A DNA stretch of 64,000 nt, taken from positions 24,234,111-24,298,110 of the forward strand of contig CM119267.1 of the NCBI GenBank assembly GCA_051294375.1, written 5' to 3'. This document shows positions 41,826 to 53,059 of the stretch, in pieces (the first letter of the stretch is position 1; every line of letters begins with the position of its first letter). The notes beneath the pieces were generated by a model. That model ran no database searches and had not been told where the DNA came from. It was given only the letters and a program-made list of their open reading frames with translations. Both the position numbers and the translations under genes were made by a program. This DNA comes from Paraspadella gotoi. Lineage: Eukaryota > Animalia > Chaetognatha.

Positions 41826-44800
41826 ATGGAAATCATAATATTCTTGCGGCCGTTCCAGCCAGAAGGCAAAACACTTCCCCCTTCTCTCTTCCAGTTTCAC
41901 GACGCTCGTTCAACGAGACACCTTTCACATGGCTCTTCTTCATATGGTTCTCTTAGGTTTATTGCTATTCTTAGTATGTTTCTTCATATGGTCTCTTAGG
42001 TTTTATTGCTATTCTTAGTATGTTTCTTCATATGGTTCTCTTAGGTTTTATTGCTATTCTTAGTATGTTTCTTCATATGGTTCTCTTAGGTTTTATTGCT
42101 ATTCTTAGTAATTTTCTCATATGGTTCTCTTAGGTTTTATTGCTATTCTTAGTATGTTTCTTCATATGGTTCTCTTAGGTTTTATTGCTATTCTTAGTAT
42201 GTTTCTTCATATGGTTCTCTTAGGTTTTATTGCTATTCTTAGTATGTTTCTTCATATGGTTCTCTTAGGTTTTATTGCTATTCTTAGTATTTTCTTCATA
42301 TGGTTTCTTAGGTTTATTGCTATTCTTAGTATGTTTCTTCATATGGTTCTCTTAGGTTTTATTGCTATTCTTAGTATGTTTCTTCATATGGTTCTCTTTA
42401 GGTTTTATTGCTATTCTTAGTATGTTTCTTCATCTATGGTTCTCTTAGGTTTTATTGCTATTCTTAGTATGTTCTTCATATGGTTTCTCTTAGGTTTATT
42501 GCTATTCTTAGTATGTTTTTCATATGGTTCTCTTAGGTTTATTGCTATTCTTAGTATGTTTCTTCATATGGATTCTCTTAATTTTACTATTCTTAGTATG
42601 TTTCTTCATATGGTTGTCTTAGGATTTATTGCTATTCTTAGTATGTTTCTTCATATGGTTCTCTTAGGATTTATTGCTATTTTAGTATGTTTTACCAAAT
42701 GGTTCTTTAGGTTATATTGCTATTCTTAGTATGGTTCTTTCTCATAAGGTTGTCCTAGGTTTTATTGTACTTTTCAGATTCTGCTAGTAGGTTAGTATGG
42801 TTCTCCGAGGTTTGATTGTTCTTCTTAGTATTGTTCTTTTTTAGTTTCACTTCGCTTTTTATGTTCTTCTTTCTATTATTTTCCCTTATGAACAATGAAA
42901 ATATGGCGTAACGTTACTTTCCGTGCATTAAAAAAAAGATTCACTGTTCAATATGTATATATTTCATTTTTTTTTTGAAAGCGTTATAGTTTCATATGTT
43001 GAATATCTAAATATCAATGCAAAATCATTTTTTGTTTTTAGATATGACTGAATATAGGTTGAAAGATGAATAATTTTTTTTAAAAGTTACTTATTCAATA
43101 TTTATCAGTAGAACTCTAATAGAAAAAAATAAAAAAAATAATAGTACTATAGTTTAGAGTTTGTCTCAAAATTGATGGAAAAGAAAAACCTCATTTAAAA
43201 ATTTCGATCGGGAAGTGGGGTAACTAAGGCTTACAAAATGCGCATCCTCCACACCCGATTGTTCTTCTCAAATATAATTTTTTTTATTATACATTTGAAA
43301 GGGAAAAAAAGGAAATTTGAATGGCAGGTTGCAGAAAGGGTTACAGATAATGCTGAACTTATTGAGCATGATAACCATTGACTTTTATATCTTGTGAATA
43401 GGGGCAAGTAAAGAAATTAAAATAATTTTATCATTAAGTCAAGTCGAGTGAAACCCTTTCCAATAGGGCTATTACGAGGAAATAATTTTTTTTAATTAAA
43501 ATGGATGATAATAATAGAATTAATTCCTTGCTATATTTATAAAAAAAAAATTATCATACAATTTAACACATGATTGTTTTGCTTTGTCAAATATGTTACC
43601 AGCTTATATATTTTTTATAACTTTATTATGATAACGCGTGTGTCAAGCTTTTTAGTTTGCAGTTAAAGATAATGAAATTGACAATTTTTTTTTTCACAGA
43701 ACAAGAAGTATGATGTCAGACTGTTTATAATCAAGCTGAAACATTTTTGTATTTATCATTTTTAATATTTAAAAATTGCATTTTATCAAGCTACAACATA
43801 AATTTTGCTTGTTTTTTACTTTAACTGAAAAATATAAGCAATTTTATGGAATAAAAAAAAATTTAATAATAAACCAAATGTAATTCAGTCTTTTCCTTTT
43901 TCAAATTACAAAGAAAAAAGAAATTTTTATATGCCTTCATTAAAATTTTTAAAGCAAAAAAACTGGTTTATACTTTTAACTCGATTTAAACAAAAGCTTG
44001 TAAAGATTTATGATTTAATTTAATAAAACTCTTTTAGAAAGGTGTCCCATGATTAGCTGCTTTAATTTGATACCACATCCACCTTGCTACCTCTTTTCTT
44101 TCAAAAGTTATTTAAAAGAATAACTTTTTTGTAAATTACGGATACAAATCTTTGTTAAAAAAAATTTCGGCAAAAGCAGGAGTATCTCATCTTATTTCTC
44201 TTTGTACAATACTTAAATTCAAAATAAAACTTGTAAGAAAATTTTTTTGTCATTTAGAGACATATCCACTTTCAGATGTACCCATCGTATAATAATTTAT
44301 ATTATTTATTTCCCCAAAAAAGCCTAATTTATAAAAATTGAAAAATATTTTCAAATTGTTGGAAAAAAAATTTTCGTCCGACCTTATGCTCATTGAGAAT
44401 AATGGTTTTGCATAGAGAAAATCAAATATCAAAAAAATAAAAAAATCAGCCCTCTAGAAAAATCAAATGCTAGAGGCTGATTTTTTTTAGAATGCAAAAT
44501 TTTTTTCCTGACTCATTAATCCATTATTCTCAAGTTTCAAAATATTTTTTTCCAATCACTTCAATCAATTTTTTTTTTATTAATTTAAAAAATGTTTTAT
44601 GATGTTGTTTTGTTGAAAAGAATTGAAAAAAAAAGTGAAAATATAGTAATTATATAAGGTTTTTGAAAATACCTTGAATATTAATAATTGACACAAGGGG
44701 AGTAAGCAGAGAAAACTTCCCATTTCATAAAGAAAATTGAAAATGAATTTGTCTATTGTTATTTAGATAATTGACTATTCAACAAATAAATGATTCATAT

Positions 44801-45880
44801 AAATTGAGGAAATGATGGCTAAAAAAATTTCATCTTGGTCTTGGTTAACTATTAGGTTATCGTTAAAGTTTTATGTTTTAATAATATTAATATTTTGTTT
44901 TCATTTTTATAAAAGCAATCTGGTCTAAAATTTTGTAACGTTTCGAAGCTATATTGCTTCATCTTTTACTATTTTTGATCTAGTTAGCTTTTTGTTGATG
45001 GTCAAGGGTTATGGTCAGATACAGTATGTCCAGTAGTATATATCGCCACATATTACCAAAAAGTAATGCGATCAATTAATTTGCTCAAGAAACATTTTAA
45101 AGGACAAATCAGCACGAGACCGTTTCGCCACGTTATTTTTCATTGTGTCTTATGTTCTCCTTCATATGTATTCGTTCTGGGCTTTATTTTTTTTTCTTTG
45201 TCTTTTAATTTTTGTTTCCCTTTCCTTTATACAGTACTGTATTTTTTTGACATAATTCTCAGATCTAAGGTTATTCATCAATGTATATCTTTAGATGTGT
45301 TATGGTTTCAAAATTTCCAGTTGTTCCCTTCGTTTAATATCGATTGCTGGTAATTAAATATTCTTTCTCAAGCTTTTTGGTAGTAAAAAAAGAAATTATT
45401 TAGCCTGCATTAAGAATATAAGACTAATGCCCAACTGGTTTCAATGTTTTTATAAGAATTAGCGACGATCTTTTATTATTTTTGGCTTTGACTCTGAAAT
45501 TGCAGAATTCGTTTTTGTTTTTGCGTAAGTTTAGTGCAATCCGAGTGGGTTCAACCTGATTCAATTTTACATCATTGAGCAGTTTAAGAATTGTTTTTGG
45601 TGCTTTTTCATTCATATTTTTAGAGTTTGGAAAAATTATTTGTTATGGTTATAAAGTTTGGTGAATTTATGCGGTTTCAAAGAAGAAGCAGCTCACTTTT
45701 TTATTTTTAGCTTCAATTACAAGGTAAAATGTCAAGTTTGATATATTTATTTGTTGAGTACTTTGACATTAGTTTTTAGATTATTATTTTTCCGCCCAGA
45801 CTTCTAACACCTGGGCGAGGCATTACCACCTGGGCACTTGCGCCATTGCCACCTTGGTCGCATTGCCACCCGGATTTGGA
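41763..45880 (+). repeat. Copy E, partial inverted copy of the block (orientation of A), interrupted by an insertion at 42891-45148
   Basis: Mirror image of copy C around agagatctct at about 41762; matches about 25760-27700. Confidence 0.88.
42891..45148. mobile_element. 2.26-kb non-autonomous TIR transposon with Transib-like termini
   Basis: Left end AACAATGAAAATA-TGGCGTAACG; right end reverse complement (A)CACAATGAAAAATAACGTGGCGAAACG. Flanking duplication (C)TTATG. The empty site is present in copy C (41111-41124 on the other strand, gagaacataaggga). Confidence 0.75.
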
Positions 45881-47086
45881 TGATCTTCTCTCTTTNNNNN
45901 NNNNNNNNNNNNNNNNNNNNGAGAGCGTCTAAAATTATTAAGCAAGCCCCGTTTTCCTCCATTAAGGAGGGACCGGCGTCTCATAAACAAACTCCCTCCC
46001 CCTCCTCTTCCTCCATCACCTTATTTTTTCTCCTTTCCTTAATTCCTTTCCTTAATTCTCGTTCTCCTTTTCTGCTCTTCACAACTCTCATTTCACTACC
46101 TTTCCCTTTTTCTCTCTATTCCTCCTCCTCCTCCTCCTCCTACTCCCCCTCCCTCCCCCCTTCCCCGCCTCCAGGTACCATCGGGGAATTCCGCGCGTCT
46201 GAATTCTCGCTCTACTTTTTCTCCTCCATTTTTTTTTCGCGGAGGCGGAGCGATACAGACGGCGGAAGGATCGGCCGGGGGTTGGGAGTGAAGCGGTCCG
46301 GAGCGGAGATTGGTGGAACGAGACTGCGGAGAAAAGAATATATAACGCGGGAGACGAAATAAAAAGACTAGAAGAATATATACAGAGGATTATTACTCGA
46401 GACTAAGAAAAAAGAAAAAGTGAAAAAACTAATAATATTAATAAAAAAAAGAGTGTAAAAGTCTTTGTAATCAGTAATTGAGAAGCCATTTAAAGGAGCA
46501 ATTGAGAAAAAACGGAAAGGAGTAATAAAAGGAGTCGATCGTGAGTTTAAAGGAGCTTTTAAAAAAAAAGCAAGAAGGAAAAAAAACTTAGTGGAGCAAC
46601 TTAAAGGATTGACTTAAACTTAAAGAAGCCCAACTGTGAATTCGAAAGACAAGTTTCGGGGAAGAAAAACCATAAAAAATTCAAAAGAGACAAAACTCAC
46701 CTTAAATTCGTCCTCCGGTAAGTAAGAATATTTCTTTTTATAGATTTATTTCACTTCAGTTCGATCCAAACAATATTAACCTTATTAAACAATATTAATA
46801 TATTAATAATATCCATAAGCGTCGATGTTTTGGGTTATTTTTCCTTTTTCTGATATGAAGATTTTTTTTTATTAGATTAGTCTTTATAAACACTAACAAT
46901 AAACAACAATAATAAAATCGAGTGAAAACAGTAAACAATATTCACAACAGAAGACGGAATCTTGAGAGTGAATCTTCACAAAGTGGCAGACTTCCAATTC
47001 TCTCTCGATTGACGACTGGAAACGAGATATAAATATTTTGGCGCCGCGTTGCAAGGAAGTCGATGGGCGTGGCGTTTTGGAGCCGG

Positions 47087-47475
47087 AAGTGCCACGGTTG
47101 CCACGCTCAGAGGAACGATACTGTTAGAAAGTGTTACAAAGTGAAAATGTATCTGATCGCAAGTGCCACGGTTGCCACGCCGAAGGAACAAGACTGGATG
47201 GAAGTGCCACGGTTGCCACGCTCAGAGGAACGATACTGTTAGAAAGTGTTACGAAGTGAAAATGTGTCTGGTCGCAAGTGCCACGGTTGCCACGCCAAAG
47301 GAACAAGACTGGATGGAAGTGCCATCCCAAGAGAATTGAGTCTCGTTGAAAGTCACCTACAATTAGTAATGAGTCTGATCAAAAGTGGCACATTTTCCAG
47401 GCTGTGATGAACAAGACTGGATTGAAGTTCCACCCCAAGAGGAACGAGCCTCATCGGAAGTGCCTTGATGCCCGG
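47087..47475. repeat. Composite 115-bp (74+41) repeat with invariant AAGTGCCACGGTTGCCACGC; also at about 33058-33440 and 24140-24535
   Basis: The 20-mer starts at 47087, 47161, 47202 and 47276; degenerate copies at 47317, 47383, 47425 and 47458. Confidence 0.9.
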
Positions 47476-48699
47476 CTGCCAGGACTGAGATTGGTCGACA
47501 GTCCCACGTCTGCCACGCATAGAGGACGTGTCACGCCCATAAGAAAGCGTCATATAGGAAGTTCATCGCGGCTCTTGTCGTCGACGAGGACACAACGAGT
47601 TTCCAGTGACGAGTCAAATTTTTTTCACAGAACTCGATGTCTGGGGACATTGAGTCACGAGGTAGATTTTTTATGCGTTCTACTTCTCGGTACTAGTCGG
47701 GGATTATCTGGCACAGCAACCTTTATAAAATTAAAGAGCATTATTATAATGCGCAATAGTTTAGTTACAGTGTTTATATTTTTTAAATGGTATATTATTC
47801 TTATTATTATTATTGAGGAGAAGGCGCCAAGTAGGCTGAAGACTACTATCCGTAACTTCCGTGCCCGCTCAGCAGCAATGGAACGGGTCCTGAGCTAGGA
47901 ACCAGCTTTTCCAGGTTTTTCCACGCCCCTAAGTCGGTTTACGGCCGTCCTCGCAGTTCCCGTAGAGTAGGTACCGGGTTGGGATTGGACCCGGTACCTA
48001 GTGGTCATGAGCTGATTCAATGAGCCACGACTACACTATCATTTTTATTAATACTATATGAAATATAATGTTAAATACAAAAAAGTTAAACAAAAAAGCA
48101 CCAGGTATTCTAGAATACTTACGGACCACACTCAGACGAATTCGTATATGCCTTCCTCTCAGACGAATGTGCCAGGTAATGTGCCTCCCAACATTAATGC
48201 CAATATGCTTTCCCCTCCGACAAATGTGCCGAGTAATGTGCCTCCCACCGGAATTCCGGTACGAATGTGCGGGATTCGTTCGCTCAATCGGAAGGAAAGG
48301 AAATCTTCGTCCCATTTATTTCCGGCGTCGCCAAAAAAAAAAAGGGGAAAAAAAGAAAAAAAGGGGAAAAAAGGAAAAGGGAAAAAATGAGAGAGAAAAA
48401 AGGAGAAAAAATATGGGAAAAAAAGGAGAAAAAAGGAAAAGGAAAAAAAGAAAGAGAAAAAAAGGAGAAAATAGGAAAAAGAAAAAAAAAGAAAGAAAGT
48501 GGAAAAAAGGAAAAGGAAAAAAAGAAAGAGAAAAAGAGGAGAAAAAAAGAAAAGGAAAAAAATTGAATAATATATATAATAATAATAATATATATATATA
48601 ATAAATATAAAATAAAGAAACAACAAAAAAGTTCTAAAATAAAAAGATCTTAGAGAGAGCAAAGAATTTTGAATTTAACAACCGATTTTTTATAGTTAA

Positions 48700-48748
48700 A
48701 GTTGACATGTTTCGGCTTGCTTATTTCAAGCCTTCATCAGCATATGAC
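48700..48748 (-). ncRNA. Minimal type I hammerhead ribozyme in the PLE 3' UTR / pLTR
   Basis: CTGATGA a ggcttg-aaataag-caagcc GAAA CATG TC, about 600 nt downstream of and co-oriented with the PLE ORF. Confidence 0.8.
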
Positions 48749-49341
48749 ATTCAATAATAAATTTTTGTGCAAAAGAAGAGTGTGTGAGAGAGAGAGAGAG
48801 AGAAGAAGAGAGGGTAAAAGTTTTTCCAACAAAGTGGTGAGACAGAATAGTGGTCAGATGTGAGGACAGGTTGAAGGTGAGGACAGATTGAGTGAGTTTG
48901 TGAAAAGAAGTGAAACTTGTTAAAGAGAGAGAGAGAGAGAGAAGTGAGAGAGAGAGAAAACAAAACAACAGAGATAAAATAAATAATAAGATACATTTTT
49001 GCAATGTACAACAAAGATTAAGGAGTTTGAAAAACTAACATTGGAGAAATTTAAACATTTAACTAGTGAATAAATAAGTATTAGCTAAGGGATAGTTAAG
49101 TGAAAATGAAATATGAAAGAAAGTAGTTTTTAGTTTTAGTTGATAATTAGGAGATTAAGAAAGTGAAATTCAAGGGAAAGAAAGAGCTCCAAAGTGAGCT
49201 GGCCCCCTTGTTTTATGCAAATGAAGGACAAGGACGATGATGACGGGTCATTGGCGTGTCAGTGGCTGAGAGGAGAGTATGACCGAACTGATGAATGCCG
49301 GATTGGGAAGCGATCCTTGCGGAAAGATCCCAGGGCTACTC

Positions 49342-51530
49342 TTATGTCTCTTTGGCCTGATACGCCTGCCGGCTGCCCCTCTCGCCTGCTGACGAGGTGG
49401 GCGGTTGTCCGTTCTTGCCACTTTTGTGACAGGAGTGACGGACTCCTCTCCCTCCTCCTGAAGCCGTCGCTTTGGGGCGACGCTCAGTCCACAGAGGGAG
49501 GGGCTGAGTTGCTGCATTAGAGGGAGAGGCATCGTTTGCCCATCTGCCTGCGCAAGGGCTCCGCCTGTCTCGTTGAGTGGAGATAGGGGAGTCATTGTGC
49601 GGGCGTGGTGGGCGGCGGGGCCTCCACCACGCTTTTGATAAGCGAATCATAGCTTGGAGGGAGATCGAATCGTCCTCCATCACGGTCAAAGAGGGCTCGA
49701 GGGCTTTGATGTAAATTGCCTCTCTAATACCTCTTGAGAACCAATTCGGGTCATGGGACAGCACGAGACAGTCTGATTCCCTGAACAGATGGCCTGTGTC
49801 TGCCGAATGTTCAGCAATTGCGGACAAATAGTGACCTCGGGGCGTCACGGTAAGGTTTTTTGTGTTGTTGGAATCGATTTGTCAGAGACTTTCCTGTCTC
49901 TCCCACGTATGCTGCTGCACAGGATTGGTTGCCCACCCTGCACAGGCCGCCCAGTAGACGGCTCCTGATGTTTTCGGTCTGGGGATTTTATCTTTCGGTT
50001 TCACCAATTGCTCACGTAGGGAGCCCGCGGGCCGTCACTGAAGTGGAGATCCCCTGCTTTGCCAGCACCGCACGCACCAAAGCTTCAGTGATCCCCTGGT
50101 GGTAGGGGAGGGACAAAGTGGCCCACGTTCCTTGGGCGCTTCTGCTTTATCTTCCACTTGCGCTGTGGTGGGCGGCGGTCGGCTCTTCAGCAGCAAGCTC
50201 CGTTCTGCCTCCTGGGGGTGAGGTAGAACCTGCGTCAGCGGTTACTTGGACAGCCCCTGGTTGGCCACTGTCCTCAGCCAGGCGCGGCCGATACCTAGCC
50301 TTCTCGAAGGCCCACAAATGGGTAGCCCTTGATCGCCAAGGCTCTTTTGATGTGCTCGAGCTCGGCGGCCTGAAGCTCGGGGGTCGACGGAATCAGTGCA
50401 GCTCTCCTGGTAAGGATCTGACCGTGGCGAGCTTGTGAGACAAGGGAGCATGTGTGAGATGAAGGGAATGTATTGGTCCGTGTGGGTCGGTTTGCGATAT
50501 ACTGAGAATCCAATGAGCCGCCCTCTTTGAGCGTTGAATCAACACATCGAGCATTGGAATTGACCCATTCACCTCCCTCTCACATGTCACACTTGATCCG
50601 CACATGGATGCCTGTTCAGGTGGTTTAGTAGATCCTCAATGAGGTCTTTGCGCACAGCCAGAATGTATCGTCTGCTTTCCTGATACCAGAAGAGGCTGAC
50701 TCTGCCCCATGCAACAATCGAAAGAGGCCAAAGCTTCCACCTCATAGTCCTCCATATAAAAATCTGCCAGAGGACTTTGACGTTGATTTGCCCATCCCTA
50801 AGCCACCAGGCTGGGCATAATATTGTCCATCGAACCTGAAGTACGCCAGTTCCAGGTCGGAGGCCGCAGCAATGCCATGGATATCATCCAATTGATTGGC
50901 GTACGCTCGTGCAATGACCGCTCTTCCTCAAGCGGCGCTCTGCGGAAGCTAACCGCCAAGTCTTGGGATGTTCGTAAAACATGGCTTTGTAAATCGCAAC
51001 GAGACCAAGAGATGAGTATCGGGCACTTTGTGATGCTGCAACTTTTCCGTCAGATCAAGAGAATTTCTGAGGTGGTGTTGGTTACCAACCACGAGTGAGT
51101 ATGCGACCCCAACTCCTTCGACATTCCATTGAAAAATGGAATTGCGGGCTGAAACGATCGGGCAGTAATGGTAAATTCGGCTTATGTACCTTCGGCTGAC
51201 CGAAGAAACAAAGGAGGCTGCGTTGAGTCAGGATTGACTCTGTGAAATTACTGACGGGGAGCAGTATTCACGTATTCGTTCGTCAACCGTCTGGATCCGA
51301 GCCCTGTAGGTAAGGGTCGGGTCCTTTGGCAGAGGATGGTAAGTTTTGCGATCTGCCAACATTTTTCGTACCTTGTCTTTGTAATCATGGGCGTCCATGA
51401 TTACCGCAGCTCTTCCTTATCCGCGGGATGAACCATGATCGCCTGATTGCGCTTGAGTGAGGCAATGGCCTTGCGCTCACCCTTACCGACATTTGGCGGG
51501 GGGCGGAGCTCTTTCTGCATTGAGCACCCG
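49342..51530 (-). mobile_element. Penelope-like retroelement (Penelope/Poseidon-type architecture): RT plus C-terminal GIY-YIG endonuclease, 5'-truncated, frameshifted
   Basis: Manual translation across frameshifts gives ERKAIASLKRNQAIMVHPADKGRAAVIMD..Y..K...L.D.KTY..LPKDPT, FGQPKVHKPNLPLRPIVS, LVS(F)DLQSMFTNIP, YFRFDGQYYAQPGGLGMG..SPLADFYME, RKADDTF, PMLDVLI, YRKPTHTDQY, LPYHQG, GAVY..C..C..YVGETGKSLTNRFQQH, SAIAEH, REAIYIK and L(N)RDGG. All are characteristic PLE motifs. Confidence 0.93.
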
Positions 51531-51735
51531 CGATCAAAAATTATAAATGATGTTAAGTATCAACAAAATTATAAACGAGTCTATTTTATTTCTCGTTTTA
51601 AAAAGAAATAAAGGTTATTATTTCATAATTCTTTCAAAAAGGTTTTCTTCGTCGTCGTCGTCGTCGTTCACTGAAACAAAAAAGTACTTTAAAGTTAATT
51701 AAACAAATGAATATATTTTTTTAGATCGATCCATA

Positions 51736-52682
51736 CATGGTGACAATTTTACAAAGCGCCGGTAGAAATACGCTGTCATTTGCAAACCAGTGGTATTTCA
51801 TTGATTTTAAAAAATTTAGTTGAGTAAGAAAATACAAAACTATTTATGTGTTAAAATTTTTATTGATCAGTTAAGATATGCCTTGACAATGAGTGGAGAA
51901 AGTTGCTTTTCAAATCGGGTTTCATTTTCCAACTCACTGTTTTTAAATTCAATTTTTTGGGGAACTTTTAACACTTTTTAAAACAAAATATTTTATTAAA
52001 ATATTAACAATTAATATCCTCAAAAGCCTTAAAATATGAAAAGAATTATATACTTACAAATACTGTTAGTTTAAAAATAATTTAACTGATCAGCTTTAAA
52101 TTTAATTAGGATATTCAAAAACGAGACATCTTTTAAAAAATCAATAGCTGGAGAGTAATTATAATTTTTATCAAATTGTGATTGCTATACTTAAATCTTT
52201 TTTTTTCAGCTCTTTATGATACTTATATAAATAATAATATTTTTTTATTAAATATTTAAACAGGTCATATATTTTGAAAAAAGATTTAAAATTTTAAATA
52301 ATTCATTTTTGACACTCTTAATTGAAGCAAGGCTGGGCAGCTTACTTTTTATGTTAGAGCTTCGTAAGTATATCAATCTCTTCATATTTTAGGGCTTTCT
52401 GAGGAATATTAATATTTTAATAAAATACTTAAGTTTAAAAAAGTGCTAAAAGTTCCAAAAAAAAAATTGAATTTAAAAACAGTGAGTTGGAAAATGAAAC
52501 CCGATTTGACAAGCCAACTTTCTCCACATCCATCAAGGCATATCTTAACTGATCAATATAAAATTTTAACACATAAATAGTTTTAGTATTTTCTACTAAA
52601 CTAAATTTTAAAATCAATGAAATAACCACTGGTTTGCAAATGACAGCATATTTCTACCGGCGCTTGTAAAATTGTCACCATG
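51736..52682. mobile_element. 947-bp MITE with about 320-bp TIRs and TA target duplication (Tc1/mariner-type)
   Basis: TA|CATGGTGACAATTTTACAA... at the left and ...TTGTAAAATTGTCACCATG|TA at the right; inverted similarity continues to about 52056/52363. Confidence 0.88.
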
Positions 52683-52837
52683 TACATTAATCGAGATGAT
52701 GCCAATACGTGTGTTAAACGCAAAAATAATAGATATACCACAAACAATTTAAATATGAATTTCAGGAAATTAACGATAGAATAATTTAATAATTTTAATT
52801 CATTGAATAATTGAACGTTCAATGCCATAACAATGAT

Positions 52838-52901
52838 TCATTGATCGATTGATTGATTGATCGATTGATTGATTGATCGATTGATTGATTGATTGATTGA
52901 T

Positions 52902-52941
<40 letters not shown>

Positions 52942-52945
52942 CGAT
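52838..52945. repeat. (ATTG)n microsatellite
   Basis: Directly visible. Confidence 0.95.
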
Positions 52946-53059
52946 TTACCTCCTTACAAATCCCCCGGTCTCCTTGGCTTCGGCTCATCTCCGAATTCCA
53001 ATTCTCTTAATCGGTTTTCCAAGAAATAGAGGTTGAACTGAGAATAGATCTTTGGCGTG

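Larger units (their letters stand above)
45921..49370 (-). repeat. Copy D of the block (equivalent to 31900-35340), contiguous with the PLE ORF
   Basis: Near-identical to copy B and runs without a break into the GIY-YIG coding region. Confidence 0.92.

Noticed and set aside
47087-47330. CRISPR array
   Set aside because: Spacers are duplicated and alternate in length, the context is eukaryotic and there are no cas genes.
49288-49332. Antisense hammerhead-like string CTGATGA...GAAA GATC CC
   Set aside because: Lacks the essential UH after stem III, has no stem I pairing and an irregular stem II.
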